From: Nanoarchaeum equitans Kin4-M | GTDB lineage: Archaea; Nanobdellota; Nanobdellia; Nanobdellales; Nanoarchaeaceae | DNA length: 32,000 bases | Direction: 5' to 3' | Assembly: GCA_000008085.1 (NCBI GenBank) | Contig: AE017199.1 | Coordinates: 360,001 to 392,000, forward strand | Shown: one piece after another, positions 31,412 to 32,000 of the stretch | How positions within the stretch are numbered: position 1 is the first letter of the stretch | Layout of the letters: the number at the start of each line of letters is the position of its first letter | Made by a program: the position numbers and the translations under genes | Notes under the pieces: generated by a model | Seen by the model: the letters and a program-made list of their open reading frames with translations, nothing else | Databases searched by the model: none | Told to the model about the DNA's origin: nothing

Positions 31412-31950
31412 TCTTCTTCAAAAATTTGTCCTTCGAAAACATATACTTCGGTTTTTGGGTCTAACCAACAATCCATTGGTAAGCCTGCTTTTAAGCAGCC
31501 ATAGGATAAAAACTCTTTAGCGTCCCAACCTTCTTCTATAGGAACTTGGGGCAATAATAAACCGGAATATGGGCCCCTTTTAATTATTATACCATGTTTG
31601 CCGATTTTTATTTTTTCCAAATACTCTAATGGGTTATTAACTATTAACTTTCTTGGAGGGGTTAAAACAGTAACCTCAAATTTCACATTATCTAACTCTT
31701 CTTTTTGTAATGGTGGAAACCTTGGATCTTCAAAAGCGGCCATTAAAGCGCTGTATTTTAGGGATTGCCATAGAGGGTATATTGGATATGGTATCCCCAT
31801 ACAACCTCTTAATTGGTTGTCCAAAGTTTTTATCGTTGTAAACGCACCAGCTTTATAGTTTAGTTTTTCTTTTATTTCATCGGGTATTTCGTAATCTTTA
31901 CCTTCTAAAGCGTATTCAACTATTTTTCTCGCTATCTTCGCTAGGTTCAT
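31408..31950 (-). CDS. AMMECR1 domain protein
   Basis: AGAFTTIKT...LRGCMGIPYP..PL......SALMAAFEDPRFPPL and ...HGIIIKRGPYSGLLLPQV are canonical AMMECR1 motifs. 180 aa. Confidence 0.85.
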   Translation of the reverse strand: MNLAKIARKIVEYALEGKDYEIPDEIKEKLNYKAGAFTTIKTLDNQLRGCMGIPYPIYPLWQSLKYSALMAAFEDPRFPPLQKEELDNVKFEVTVLTPPRKLIVNNPLEYLEKIKIGKHGIIIKRGPYSGLLLPQVPIEEGWDAKEFLSYGCLKAGLPMDCWLDPKTEVYVFEGQIFEED

Positions 31951-32000
31951 TGTTTTTATTGTCTCCCATATTTAAAGATCTTTTAAGACCATAATAAGCT

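Noticed and set aside
1-32000. Search for the partner tRNA 5' half, other tRNAs, rRNA, transposases/IS elements or defence islands.
   Set aside because: The only GC-rich structured patch outside coding sequence is the tRNA 3' half. No other T-loop (GGUUCGAAU/GUUCAAAU or its complement) with GC-rich flanks was seen. No ORF shows transposase, integrase, Cas, restriction-modification or toxin-antitoxin motifs.

Overview
This is an AT-rich (roughly 30% G+C by eye, not computed), extremely gene-dense archaeal chromosome segment. I count about 33 protein genes, plus two real genes shorter than 60 aa that the ORF track misses: ribosomal protein L39e and a 46-aa C2H2 zinc-finger protein. A partial M17 aminopeptidase gene also runs off the left edge.

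Most genes are information-processing or housekeeping:
- Replication and repair: PolD large subunit, a GINS-like protein, Hjc, RadA, RFC large subunit.
- Transcription and translation: RpoA'', L3, L39e, GlyRS, diphthine synthase.
- tRNA modification: ThiI and a Trm11-like methyltransferase.
- Secretion: SecF/SecD and a Sec11-type signal peptidase.

These genes sit singly rather than in the conserved archaeal operons. Neighbouring genes commonly overlap by 4-32 nt, including convergent 3'-end overlaps.

The distinctive content is RNA- and gene-fragmentation-related:
1. A stand-alone tRNA 3' half with a GC-rich leader and its own TATA box, with no 5' half in the window. This implies a trans-spliced split tRNA.
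2. A reverse gyrase ORF that contains only the helicase half.
3. Three clear C/D box sRNA genes and one degenerate one, all jammed against or overlapping the 3' ends of protein genes. Two of them bracket the reverse gyrase half-gene.
4. Candidate additional fragmented genes: an NFACT-N-only protein and a Lon protease domain without an ATPase.

This combination matches what has been published for Nanoarchaeum equitans and Nanoarchaeota. I therefore believe the window comes from that lineage, and points 1-3 are probably rediscoveries rather than novelties.

The less-described candidates are:
- an anticodon-loop-like relic in the tRNA-half leader;
- protein C-termini and stop codons encoded antisense to RNA-gene boxes;
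- a covarying k-turn variant in one sRNA;
- the tiny eukaryote-like C2H2 zinc finger;
- a Cys-rich DUF2341/LamG-like surface protein;
- an orphan FlaI-like ATPase;
- an orphan ATP-grasp-like protein.

I found no CRISPR array, transposon, intein or rRNA gene.
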